Positions 36,650-44,662 of a stretch of 64,000 bases of DNA are shown here, piece by piece; position 1 is the first letter of the stretch; each line of letters starts with the position of its first letter. The translations under genes were made by a program, and so were the position numbers. The stretch lies in assembly GCA_963726335.1 (NCBI GenBank), contig CAVSCD010000015.1:203790-267789 (forward strand). Direction: 5' to 3'. The notes under the pieces are model-generated. The model worked only from the letters and a program-made list of their open reading frames with translations. It was not told where the DNA came from and did not search any database. This DNA comes from Candidatus Aminicenantes bacterium (GTDB lineage Bacteria > Acidobacteriota > Aminicenantia > Aminicenantales > UBA8522).

Positions 36650-37719
36650 GAGCTGAACCGGAAGTAGACGACGTCGCCGTCTTCGATGGGGTAGTCTCTT
36701 CCCTCGAGCCGGATGCCGCCCTTGTCCTTGGCCGCCTGGAGCGAGCCGAACTCGAGGAGCTTTTGCCAGGAAATGACCTCGGCCCGGATGAAGCCTTTTT
36801 CGATGTCCGAATGGACGGCGCCGGCGGCCTGGCCGGCGGCGGAGCCCCGGGGGATCATCCAGGCGCGAACTTCGTCCTTGCCGACGGTGAAAAAGGAGAT
36901 GACACCGAGGAGGCGCGGCAGGGCGCGGAAAAAGCGCCCGGCGCTCAGCTCGTGAAGGCCGAACTCGGCCAGGAAGACCTTCTTTTCTTCGTCATCGAGC
37001 TCGGCGATCTCGGACTCGACCTTGCCGCAGAACCCGGTGACAGCCGTTCCCGCGGCCGGCGGGCCGAAGCGCTCTTCGGGGCCCTCGAGGCAGGGGATGT
37101 CGGCTTCGTCGCAGTTTACGGCGTGAATCAACGGTTTCTGGCTGAGGAAGGTGAAGCTCCGGACGAGCTTCTCCTCGGCGGGGGAGAAGGCCAGTTCGCG
37201 GATGGCGCGGCCCGACTCGAGCCCGGCGCGGAACCTGAGGAGGAGCTCCTTTTCCTTTTCGCCCTCGGGGTCCTTGGCCTTCATCAGGTCTTTCTCCAAA
37301 CGTTCGAGCCGCGCCGCCACCTGGATGAGGTCGGTGAGGGCGAGCTCTTCTTCCATATATTTGATATCGTCCTGCGGCCGGATTATTCCCCGGGGATGGG
37401 GGATGTTCGGGTCGACGAACCCGCGGACGACGTGGATGAGGGCGTCGGCTTTGCGGAGCGCGCTCAGGTAGACGCTGTTCTTGACTTCGCCGTAAGAGAC
37501 CCCGGCGAGGTCGACCAGTTCGAAGGATACGGGGATCTTCTTTTTATCGGGATAAAGGCAGGCGATCGAATCCAGCCGGTCGTCGGCGGGGTGGCAGGTC
37601 CGCTGGTTGGCTTCCCGTTTGCCGTCCTCGTAGGCCTTGACCTCGCAGTGGGCGCCCGTGAGGAGGTTGAAGAGGGTCGTCTTGCCCGTTTTGGGGTAGC
37701 CGAACAGGGTCAGGTTCAC
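36646..37719 (-). CDS. ychF: YchF/OLA1-family ribosome-binding ATPase
   Basis: P-loop GYPKTGKTTLFN, a central coiled insert and the C-terminal YchF (DUF933/TGS-like) segment HSDIEKGFIRAEV. Confidence 0.8.
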   Translation of the reverse strand: MNLTLFGYPKTGKTTLFNLLTGAHCEVKAYEDGKREANQRTCHPADDRLDSIACLYPDKKKIPVSFELVDLAGVSYGEVKNSVYLSALRKADALIHVVRGFVDPNIPHPRGIIRPQDDIKYMEEELALTDLIQVAARLERLEKDLMKAKDPEGEKEKELLLRFRAGLESGRAIRELAFSPAEEKLVRSFTFLSQKPLIHAVNCDEADIPCLEGPEERFGPPAAGTAVTGFCGKVESEIAELDDEEKKVFLAEFGLHELSAGRFFRALPRLLGVISFFTVGKDEVRAWMIPRGSAAGQAAGAVHSDIEKGFIRAEVISWQKLLEFGSLQAAKDKGGIRLEGRDYPIEDGDVVYFRFSS

Positions 37720-37777
37720 GGTTTAAGTAAACCTATATTAGCGAAATATGTCAATCAGCCATCGACCCGGATAAGCA

Positions 37778-38075
37778 CCTCCTTTCGTGTGAAGACGCAG
37801 TTCATCAAAGGGGTCCTGTCATGGCGCGTCCCTGTGCGTCCTCGCGCCTGCCGATATGAGCTCGAATTGTCTTTGGTATCACCCCTTGGTCCCCCGGTGA
37901 GCTGATAGTCAGAAGCTTTTTAGGATATTTCGCAGAATAGCGGCTCCGAGTCACTCCTCCGCTATTCTGATGGTCGCTCCGAAGACTGCGCTTCCCGCCG
38001 GTCCCCGTCGCTCCGGGCGCGCAGGGACTGGCGCCATGCCACCCCGCCATGCCTTCCTAGGGGCATGCAAGACCA
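37778..38075 (+). repeat. interspersed intergenic element, copy B1 (variant subfamily, long form)
   Basis: Shares TCAAAGGGGTCCTGTCATGGCGC, TCCCTGTGCGTCCTCGCGCCT, GGTCCCCGTCGCTCCGGGCGCGCAGGGA and TGGCGCCATGCCACCCC with 40676..40860. Internal long-range helix 37820..37838 / 38018..38038. Carries an extra ~110-nt insert with a perfect hairpin, CAGAATAGCGG (37933..37943) / CCGCTATTCTG (37959..37969). Confidence 0.75.
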
Positions 38076-38171
38076 GATTCTTTCCAGACTGGGCCGATGG
38101 GCGCATCTCCGTCCTCCTCCGGGCGGGTCGCGATGACCACTTGCGGGGCGGGGGACATTCCGTTATATTAA

Positions 38172-38891
38172 ATGGCCATCAGGTGTGACATGACCAAAGA
38201 CGCCAGACCACGCGACAAAAGCGTTTTTCGAGAGTACTTCGAGCTGATCGCCGAGACGGCGGTGTTCGTCTTCTTTGTGATGACGTTCGTCGTCCAGGCC
38301 TTCCAGATCCCCACGGGCTCGATGGAGCCGACCCTGCTCGTGGGGGATTTCCTGCTGGTCAATAAGCTTGTCTATTCGCCGCGGGTCATCCCCGTCGAAA
38401 ACGTCATCCTGCCCCGGCGCGACATCCGCCGCCAGGACATCGTCGTCTTCAAATACCCCAAAGAGCTGAACAAGGACTTCGTCAAGCGGGTGATCGGCCT
38501 CGAGGGTGAGAAGATCGAGATCAAGGATAAGCAGGTCTACGTCAACGACCAGATGATCGGCGAGAGCTACAAGGTTCATAACGACACCCAGGTCTTCACC
38601 AAGAACGGTTTCTACCGTTACGACGACACCATCCGGGACAATTTCGGGCCCGTCACGGTGCCGACGGGGCACTGCTTCGTCATGGGCGACAACCGCGACA
38701 ACAGCATGGACAGCCGGTACTGGAGCTTCCTGCCCCTGGACAACATCAAGGGGAGACCGTGGGTCATCTATTTTTCCTACCGTGCCGAGCGCGACGCCTA
38801 CATGAAGAACGGCCTGGGGGACAAGTTGAAGAAGGTGGTCAGCTTCCTCCCCAAGGCGCGCTGGCGGCGGATGTTCCGGACGATCCACTGA
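38172..38891 (+). CDS. lepB: signal peptidase I
   Basis: GSMEPTLLVGDFLLVNK (catalytic Ser), KRVIGLEGE (Lys box) and GDNRDNSMDSRYW. ATG at 38190 is an alternative start. Confidence 0.9.
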   Translation: MAIRCDMTKDARPRDKSVFREYFELIAETAVFVFFVMTFVVQAFQIPTGSMEPTLLVGDFLLVNKLVYSPRVIPVENVILPRRDIRRQDIVVFKYPKELNKDFVKRVIGLEGEKIEIKDKQVYVNDQMIGESYKVHNDTQVFTKNGFYRYDDTIRDNFGPVTVPTGHCFVMGDNRDNSMDSRYWSFLPLDNIKGRPWVIYFSYRAERDAYMKNGLGDKLKKVVSFLPKARWRRMFRTIH

Positions 38892-38966
38892 GCCGGGGCT
38901 CTCCCGCTCCCCCTCTAACACCCGGACTTCGGCGTCCCGGGGGATAGTCCCGCGCGCGTTCCCCAT

Positions 38967-40616
38967 TCACTGGGGAAGTTGGATCCGGAAATCTTCGTAG
39001 GACGAAATGTAGATGATCGGGTTCTCCCGGACGAACTCGTCGGTAAAAAACGAGCTGGCCGAAACGCCGTCCATGTCCCGCCCGACCGGCAGCCCAAGGT
39101 AGTAAAGCAGCGTGGGCGCGATGTCGACGAGGCGGACACCACCCGTCTTCTGTCCGCGGCGGACGGCTTGCCCGTAGAAAAAGATCATGCCTTCGGGCGC
39201 CATCTCATGATAAGCCGACACCCGCGGGTCGCCGAGGAGCCTCTCGACGAACCTCTTCCAGACCGGCAGGGGAGCGATGCCGTGGGGCGAGAAGACGACC
39301 AGTAGCTCCTCCTCCTTCAGCGCGGTCAAGTACTTGCCGATGAGCGCGTCGTAGAATTCGTAATATTTCTCGATCACCGGTCCGTAGAGGTTGATGTCGC
39401 CCTGGTCGATCGTCCCGAACTGTTGGGGAAAGCTGAATTTATAGAAGTACGTCTCCACCAGGTTGAGGCCGTCGAGCAGAAAATACAGGACCTCCGGCTG
39501 GGCCTCGCTTTTCTCCCGGGCGACGGTCTCCTCCCGGGCACAGTCCTTGAAGAAGGCGCTCTTGGCCAGCCCGAAATGCTCGTCCCGGAGAAGGGCGGGG
39601 TCGTCGAAGGTGTCGTCGAGGAGCTTCGCGCAGGCGGATCCCGGGCCCGGGGCGGCGGGTTCGCCGCCGCTGTCCTTTTTTAGGAAGCTGATCCGGTTCC
39701 CGGCCAGGATATCCCAGACATCCGTGACCGCCTGGGCCGATTCATTCGGCAGGATCTCGAGCAGGCCGAGGCGCGTCAGCTGCCGGAACAAGATGAAGCG
39801 GGGCGCGATCTCCACGGTCTCGCGCATCTTCATGAACCGGAACCGGACGTCCGAGAAACGTTGGTGCTTGGCCGGCAGCTTCCCGGTTTCAAAGGACGCT
39901 TCCAGGGCCGAGCGCTCGCTGGGCGAAAACCCGGTCAACACGGCCGAGCCTCCGTTCTCCTGGAGCCAAGCGAAATTGGGGAGCCTGCCTTTGGCGATCA
40001 GCGAGGTCAGAATATCGCCCGTCACTCCCTCGAGGGCGATGACGGTCGCCTTCTTGTCCGCTGTCCTGCCCTGGAGAGGCTGCTTGCCGGCCGCGGTCCG
40101 CGCCCGCGGATAACGCCATCTTTGGGCGAAACCCAGGGCCAGCCCGATGAGCATCACCGCCAGGAAGGCCCGGTAGACCAGGCGCCGGCGGGGGTAGCGC
40201 CTGATGCTGAAGTAGACCGCCAGCCCGGCCAACCCGAGAAGCAAGAGCTCGATCATCTGGGCCCGGATGGAGGCGCCCACCGTCGCGTCGAAAAATGAAA
40301 AATAATGACGATAATTCACCTGGAGCAGGACGACGAAGGCCAGCGTCAGCAGGGAAAAGCTGAGGAGAAGAAAGGACGGATAGAACCACTGGAGGCGGGC
40401 CGTCCGGCTGGCGAAGAATTGGACGAGCAGGAAAACGAGGACCGACAGCAGGCAAACCGCGAGGCCGTAGGTCAGGGCGAGCCGGACCGTCAAGCCGGCG
40501 AGGAAACCCGGCGTGACTTCGAGGTTGACGTTCAGGTCGGCGATCAGGAGCGCCAGGAGGGCGGAAGAAAAGAGGCCCGCCAGGAACGAGTTGAGCAGGA
40601 TCTTGAAGAGCTTCAT
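38967..40616 (-). CDS. polytopic membrane protein with a C-terminal alkaline-phosphatase-superfamily (nucleotide pyrophosphatase/phosphodiesterase-like) domain
   Basis: Several N-terminal TM segments, then VIALEGVTGDILTSLIAKGRLPNFAWL ... VVFSPHGI, which resembles type I phosphodiesterase family proteins. Start taken at ATG 40616; the 40643 start is TTG. Family assignment is tentative. Confidence 0.45.
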   Translation of the reverse strand: MKLFKILLNSFLAGLFSSALLALLIADLNVNLEVTPGFLAGLTVRLALTYGLAVCLLSVLVFLLVQFFASRTARLQWFYPSFLLLSFSLLTLAFVVLLQVNYRHYFSFFDATVGASIRAQMIELLLLGLAGLAVYFSIRRYPRRRLVYRAFLAVMLIGLALGFAQRWRYPRARTAAGKQPLQGRTADKKATVIALEGVTGDILTSLIAKGRLPNFAWLQENGGSAVLTGFSPSERSALEASFETGKLPAKHQRFSDVRFRFMKMRETVEIAPRFILFRQLTRLGLLEILPNESAQAVTDVWDILAGNRISFLKKDSGGEPAAPGPGSACAKLLDDTFDDPALLRDEHFGLAKSAFFKDCAREETVAREKSEAQPEVLYFLLDGLNLVETYFYKFSFPQQFGTIDQGDINLYGPVIEKYYEFYDALIGKYLTALKEEELLVVFSPHGIAPLPVWKRFVERLLGDPRVSAYHEMAPEGMIFFYGQAVRRGQKTGGVRLVDIAPTLLYYLGLPVGRDMDGVSASSFFTDEFVRENPIIYISSYEDFRIQLPQ

Positions 40617-40675
40617 CCGGCCTAGAATTAACACACAACCCAAATGCGGTCAATCGGAGCGAGCCTGCGGTCCGC

Positions 40676-40860
40676 ATCACTTTTCGCGTGCTGACGTTGT
40701 TCCTCAAAGGGGTCCTGTCATGGCGCATCCCTGTGCGTCCTCGCGCCTCACCCGTCAACGATATGTTCGCGCCCTCCAAGGGGAGAGGGGTCCCCGTCGC
40801 TCCGGGCGCGCAGGGATTGGCGCCATGCCACCCCCCATGCCTCCTCAGGATTGCACGAAA
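40676..40860 (+). repeat. interspersed intergenic element, copy B2 (variant subfamily, short form)
   Basis: See copy B1. Internal helix 40719..40737 / 40807..40827. It also shares GTGCGTcCTCGCGCCTCA, GGGAGAGGGG and GTCGCTCCGGGCGC with copy A1, which links the two subfamilies. Confidence 0.75.
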
Positions 40861-40979
40861 CGAAATGTTCCCGAACCTGCGCCACCCACCGTGTGCCTTC
40901 GCGCGCTTGAGTTGATATAAGGAAAAGGGGGCGCTTCGGATTGACCAAAAGGGAGCAGAGGCTATAAGATGGGCCGGAA

Positions 40980-43151
40980 ATGGACAGTTTCGAAGGGACG
41001 GTCGATCAGGTCGTCTATTATAACCCGGAGAACGGCTACACGGTTTGCCGCTTGGCCCTTGAAGACGGCCGGACGGTGACCGCCATCGGCACGTTCCCGC
41101 CGCTCGCCGCGGGAGAAGTGATGCGCGTCAGCGGCCGCTACGAGGAGAATCCCCGGTTCGGCCGGCAGTTCCGCGTCGAAACCTACACGCCGGTCCTGCC
41201 GTCCTCCGTCAAGGGCATCGAGAAATTCCTGTCCTCCGGCCTGGTTAAGGGCATCGGGCCCGTGCTGGCCGCGCGCATCGTCAAGGCCTTCGGCGAGCGG
41301 ACGATCGACATCATCTCCGGCAGCCCCGACAAGATCCGCGCCGTCGACGGCGTCGGGGACGTCAAGCTCGCCGAGATCAAGAAATCCTGGGCGGAGAACC
41401 AGCACATCCGCGACCTGATCATCTTTCTCCAGGAACACGGCGTTTCGACCTCGATCGCGACCCGCGTCTATCGCCAGTACGGCGAGAGGTCGTTCGCCGT
41501 CCTCAAGCGCAACCCCTACCAGCTCTGCCTCGATATCTGGGGGATCGGGTTCAAGACGGCCGACCAGATCGCGCTCAAGCTGGGGGTCGACCCGGCCTCG
41601 CCCGAGCGCGTCAAGGCGTTCCTCCTCTACCTTCTCGAGAAGGACTCCGAGCAGGGTCACGTCTTTTCCTACCAGGAAGACCTCGGTGCCAACTGCGTGA
41701 AGGAGCTGGGCGTCGGCGCCGAAAGCGCCGGGGACGCCGTGGCGGCGCTTGTCCGCGACCGCCGCGTGATCGTCGAGACCGCCGCCGGCCGCCAGGCCGT
41801 CTATCTGCCGCACCTTTATGAGGCGCAGGAGGGAGTGGCGCGGGCGCTCCTCAGGCTCGGAGCGGAACCGACGGCGCCGCCGCCGGCCGAAATCGGGAAG
41901 ACGATCGCCGCCGTGGAGAAAGACCTCGGCCTCGAGTTCTCCCCTCGCCAGAAGGAGGCCGTCCGCGAGTGCTTCGAGAGGAACATCCTGGTCATCACGG
42001 GCGGCCCGGGCACCGGCAAGACGACGATCATCCGCGCCGTGGCCGCCGTTTTCGACAGCTGGGGCCAGAAAGTCCTGCTGGCCGCGCCGACGGGCCGGGC
42101 CGCCAAGCGGCTGGCCGAGGCGACCCGCAAAGAGGCGAAGACGCTCCACCGGACGCTCGAGTTCAACCCCAAGCAGGGCACGTTCAAGAGGGATGAGAAA
42201 CACCCGCTCAAGGCCGACGCCCTCGTCGTCGACGAATTTTCCATGGTCGATCTCCCGCTGATGCATTCGCTCGTCAAGGCGCTGCCCACCGGAATGAGGC
42301 TGGTCCTTGTCGGCGACAAGGACCAGCTCCCGCCCGTGGGTCCGGGGAACCTCCTCCACGACATCATCGAGTCGAGCCGCATCGGCGTCGTTCGCCTGGA
42401 CGAGATTTTCCGGCAGGAAAGCGACAGCCTGATCGTCCAGAACGCCCACCGCATCAACCAGGGGCTGGGCCTCATCTACCCGCCCCGCGAGGAAAAAGAA
42501 GCGGATTTTTATTTTCTCCACCACGAGGACGAGGAGAAGGCCTTCAAGACGATCATGAGCCTGTGCTGCTTCAACATCCCCCAGAAGCTCGGCGTGCCGC
42601 CGCTTTCGCCCCAGATCCAGGTGATCAGCCCCATGTACCGCGGGAAATGCGGCGTCGACAGCCTCAACACCGAGCTCCAGGCCCGGCTCAACCCGGGCCA
42701 GCAGGGGATCAGGGTCGGCAACCGCGAGTTCCGCGAGCGCGACAAGGTGATGCAGGTCCGGAACGACTACGACAAGGATATCTTCAACGGCGACATCGGC
42801 CGGATCGTCGGCGTCGACAGGCAGGGGTTCCGTCTGCTCGTCGATTTCGACGGCCGGGAGATCCCGTTCGAAAAAGACGACCTGAACGATATCACCCACG
42901 CTTACGCCATCTCGGTCCACAAGTCCCAGGGCAGCGAATATCAGGCCGTGGTCATGCCGCTTCTTATCGGGCACTACATCATGCTCCAGCGGAACCTCTT
43001 TTATACGGCGCTGACCCGCGCGAAAAAGCTGAGCGTGGTCGTCGGCTCCTACAAGGCGCTCTACATTGCCATCAAGAACGACAAGCCCGTCAAGCGAAAC
43101 GGGCTGCTGAGGGAAAGGCTGGCCGCCGGCGAGCTGCCTTTCTTGACCTAA
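40980..43151 (+). CDS. recD2: RecD2-type SF1B ATP-dependent DNA helicase
   Basis: 723 aa with an N-terminal OB-like region, a helix-hairpin-helix segment (GIGPVLAARIV), Walker A ITGGPGTGKTT, and SVHKSQGSEY near the C-terminus. Confidence 0.85.
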   Translation: MDSFEGTVDQVVYYNPENGYTVCRLALEDGRTVTAIGTFPPLAAGEVMRVSGRYEENPRFGRQFRVETYTPVLPSSVKGIEKFLSSGLVKGIGPVLAARIVKAFGERTIDIISGSPDKIRAVDGVGDVKLAEIKKSWAENQHIRDLIIFLQEHGVSTSIATRVYRQYGERSFAVLKRNPYQLCLDIWGIGFKTADQIALKLGVDPASPERVKAFLLYLLEKDSEQGHVFSYQEDLGANCVKELGVGAESAGDAVAALVRDRRVIVETAAGRQAVYLPHLYEAQEGVARALLRLGAEPTAPPPAEIGKTIAAVEKDLGLEFSPRQKEAVRECFERNILVITGGPGTGKTTIIRAVAAVFDSWGQKVLLAAPTGRAAKRLAEATRKEAKTLHRTLEFNPKQGTFKRDEKHPLKADALVVDEFSMVDLPLMHSLVKALPTGMRLVLVGDKDQLPPVGPGNLLHDIIESSRIGVVRLDEIFRQESDSLIVQNAHRINQGLGLIYPPREEKEADFYFLHHEDEEKAFKTIMSLCCFNIPQKLGVPPLSPQIQVISPMYRGKCGVDSLNTELQARLNPGQQGIRVGNREFRERDKVMQVRNDYDKDIFNGDIGRIVGVDRQGFRLLVDFDGREIPFEKDDLNDITHAYAISVHKSQGSEYQAVVMPLLIGHYIMLQRNLFYTALTRAKKLSVVVGSYKALYIAIKNDKPVKRNGLLRERLAAGELPFLT

Positions 43152-43201
43152 GGATTCCCGCGTCCGCCGGCGACGGCTCAGTTTCTCCGGGTGTCCCAAG
43201 G

Positions 43202-43231
43202 TTGACGCGGCCGGATTCTTTCTCATATGAT
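43202..43231 (+). promoter_or_regulatory. sigma70-like promoter candidate for the SH3-M48-cyclase unit
   Basis: TTGACG (43202..43207), 18-nt spacer, TATGAT (43226..43231). A GGAGG RBS sits at 43242..43246 and the ATG at 43252. Confidence 0.4.
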
Positions 43232-43251
43232 GGCCCTCGGCGGAGGTTAAG

Positions 43252-43740
43252 ATGAAACGAAGAATACCCTTGATAACGGCTCTCGGCCTGCTGGCGCTCT
43301 TCGTGACGCTCGTGCTGGCCGAGACCCTGGTCGTCAAAGTCCAGAGCACGAACCTCAGGAAGACGCCGAAATTCTACGGCCCCGTCGTCCAGGCCCTCAA
43401 GTCCGGCGACAAGGTTGAGAAGGTGACGAGCCAGCCGGACGGCTGGATCCAAGTCAAAACCGCGGGCGGCGCGGTGGGCTGGATCCACTCGAGCGCCGTC
43501 ACCGTCCAGAAATTCAGCCTGACGGCCATGGACTCGGGCCTGAAAACCCAGGCCTCGGCGAGCGAAGTGGCGCTGGCCGGCAAAGGCTTCAATAAGCAGG
43601 TCGAAGAGAGCTTCCGCGCCAAGAACAAGGAAGCGAACTTCGCCGAGGTCGACAGGATGCAGCAGCTCACGGTGACCTCGGCCGCCCTCGAGCAGTTCAT
43701 GAAACAGGGGCAGCTCGGCGATTGGCGAGGTCGGAAATGA
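43252..43740 (+). CDS. secreted bacterial SH3-domain protein
   Basis: Signal peptide MKRRIPLITALGLLALFVTLVLA, then an SH3_3-like segment (VQSTNLRKTPKFYGPVVQALKSGDKVEKVTSQPDGWIQVKTAGGAVGWIH). Confidence 0.6.
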   Translation: MKRRIPLITALGLLALFVTLVLAETLVVKVQSTNLRKTPKFYGPVVQALKSGDKVEKVTSQPDGWIQVKTAGGAVGWIHSSAVTVQKFSLTAMDSGLKTQASASEVALAGKGFNKQVEESFRAKNKEANFAEVDRMQQLTVTSAALEQFMKQGQLGDWRGRK

Positions 43741-44651
43741 GCGCCGCGGGCCGGTTGGCTCGGCTGGCGGCCGGGTTGGCGGCGGTTTGGCTCCTGGCGT
43801 CCTGCTCGGTTGTGGAACAGGGGACCGGCGTTCTCGCCGATGTCGGCAAGATCTCGGAGAGCGACAGGCAGGCCATCGTCAAAACGAGCGCGGCCGCCCG
43901 CAGCACGTTCGGCGAGATCACGGACGAGGAGGAATACTACATCGGCCGGGGCGTCGCGGCCCTGGTCCTCGCGCAATACTCCGTCTACCGTAATGACGCC
44001 CTGACGCGCTACATCAACGAGCTCGGCCAGTCGGCGGCAGTCTATTCGGACAGGCCGGAGACCTACGCCGGATATCATTTCGCAGTCCTCGACTCGGACG
44101 AGATCAACGCCCTGGCGGCGCCCGGCGGGTTCATCTTCGTCACCCGCGGCCTCGTGCGGCGCTGCGCGAACGAGGAGATGCTGGCCGCGGTCCTGGCCCA
44201 CGAAGTGGGACACGTCAGCGCCAAGCACGGGCTCCAATCCATCCAGAAATCCCGGCTTATGGAGGCCTTCAAGGTCATCGGGCAGACGGCGGCCGACCGC
44301 TACGGGCCCGAAGAGCTGAGCCGGCTGACGACCATCTTCGAGGGGGCCCTCGGAGACGTCGTCGACACGCTGATCATCCGCGGCTACGACCGGAAATTCG
44401 AATACCAGGCCGATGAGCTGGCCGTGAAATATCTGGCGGCCGCCGGGTTCGCTCCCCGGGGCTTGCCGGACTTCCTCGAGATATTGGCCGGGGCCGGAGC
44501 GTCGGAACAGGGCAAAGGCTGGTTCAAAACCCACCCGTCGGCCGGTCAGAGGCTCGAACGGGTCAAGCCGGCGGCCGACTCGACGGGCGCCGCCGTCAAG
44601 GTCCCGGCCGCGCGGACACAGCGATTCCAGAAAATCGTCAAAGGCGTCTAG
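43737..44651 (+). CDS. M48-family zinc metallopeptidase, probable lipoprotein
   Basis: HEVGHV zinc motif and lipobox-like LLASC. ATGA overlap with the SH3 gene stop. Confidence 0.8.
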   Translation: MSAAGRLARLAAGLAAVWLLASCSVVEQGTGVLADVGKISESDRQAIVKTSAAARSTFGEITDEEEYYIGRGVAALVLAQYSVYRNDALTRYINELGQSAAVYSDRPETYAGYHFAVLDSDEINALAAPGGFIFVTRGLVRRCANEEMLAAVLAHEVGHVSAKHGLQSIQKSRLMEAFKVIGQTAADRYGPEELSRLTTIFEGALGDVVDTLIIRGYDRKFEYQADELAVKYLAAAGFAPRGLPDFLEILAGAGASEQGKGWFKTHPSAGQRLERVKPAADSTGAAVKVPAARTQRFQKIVKGV

Positions 44652-44662
44652 ATCATTCGAGG

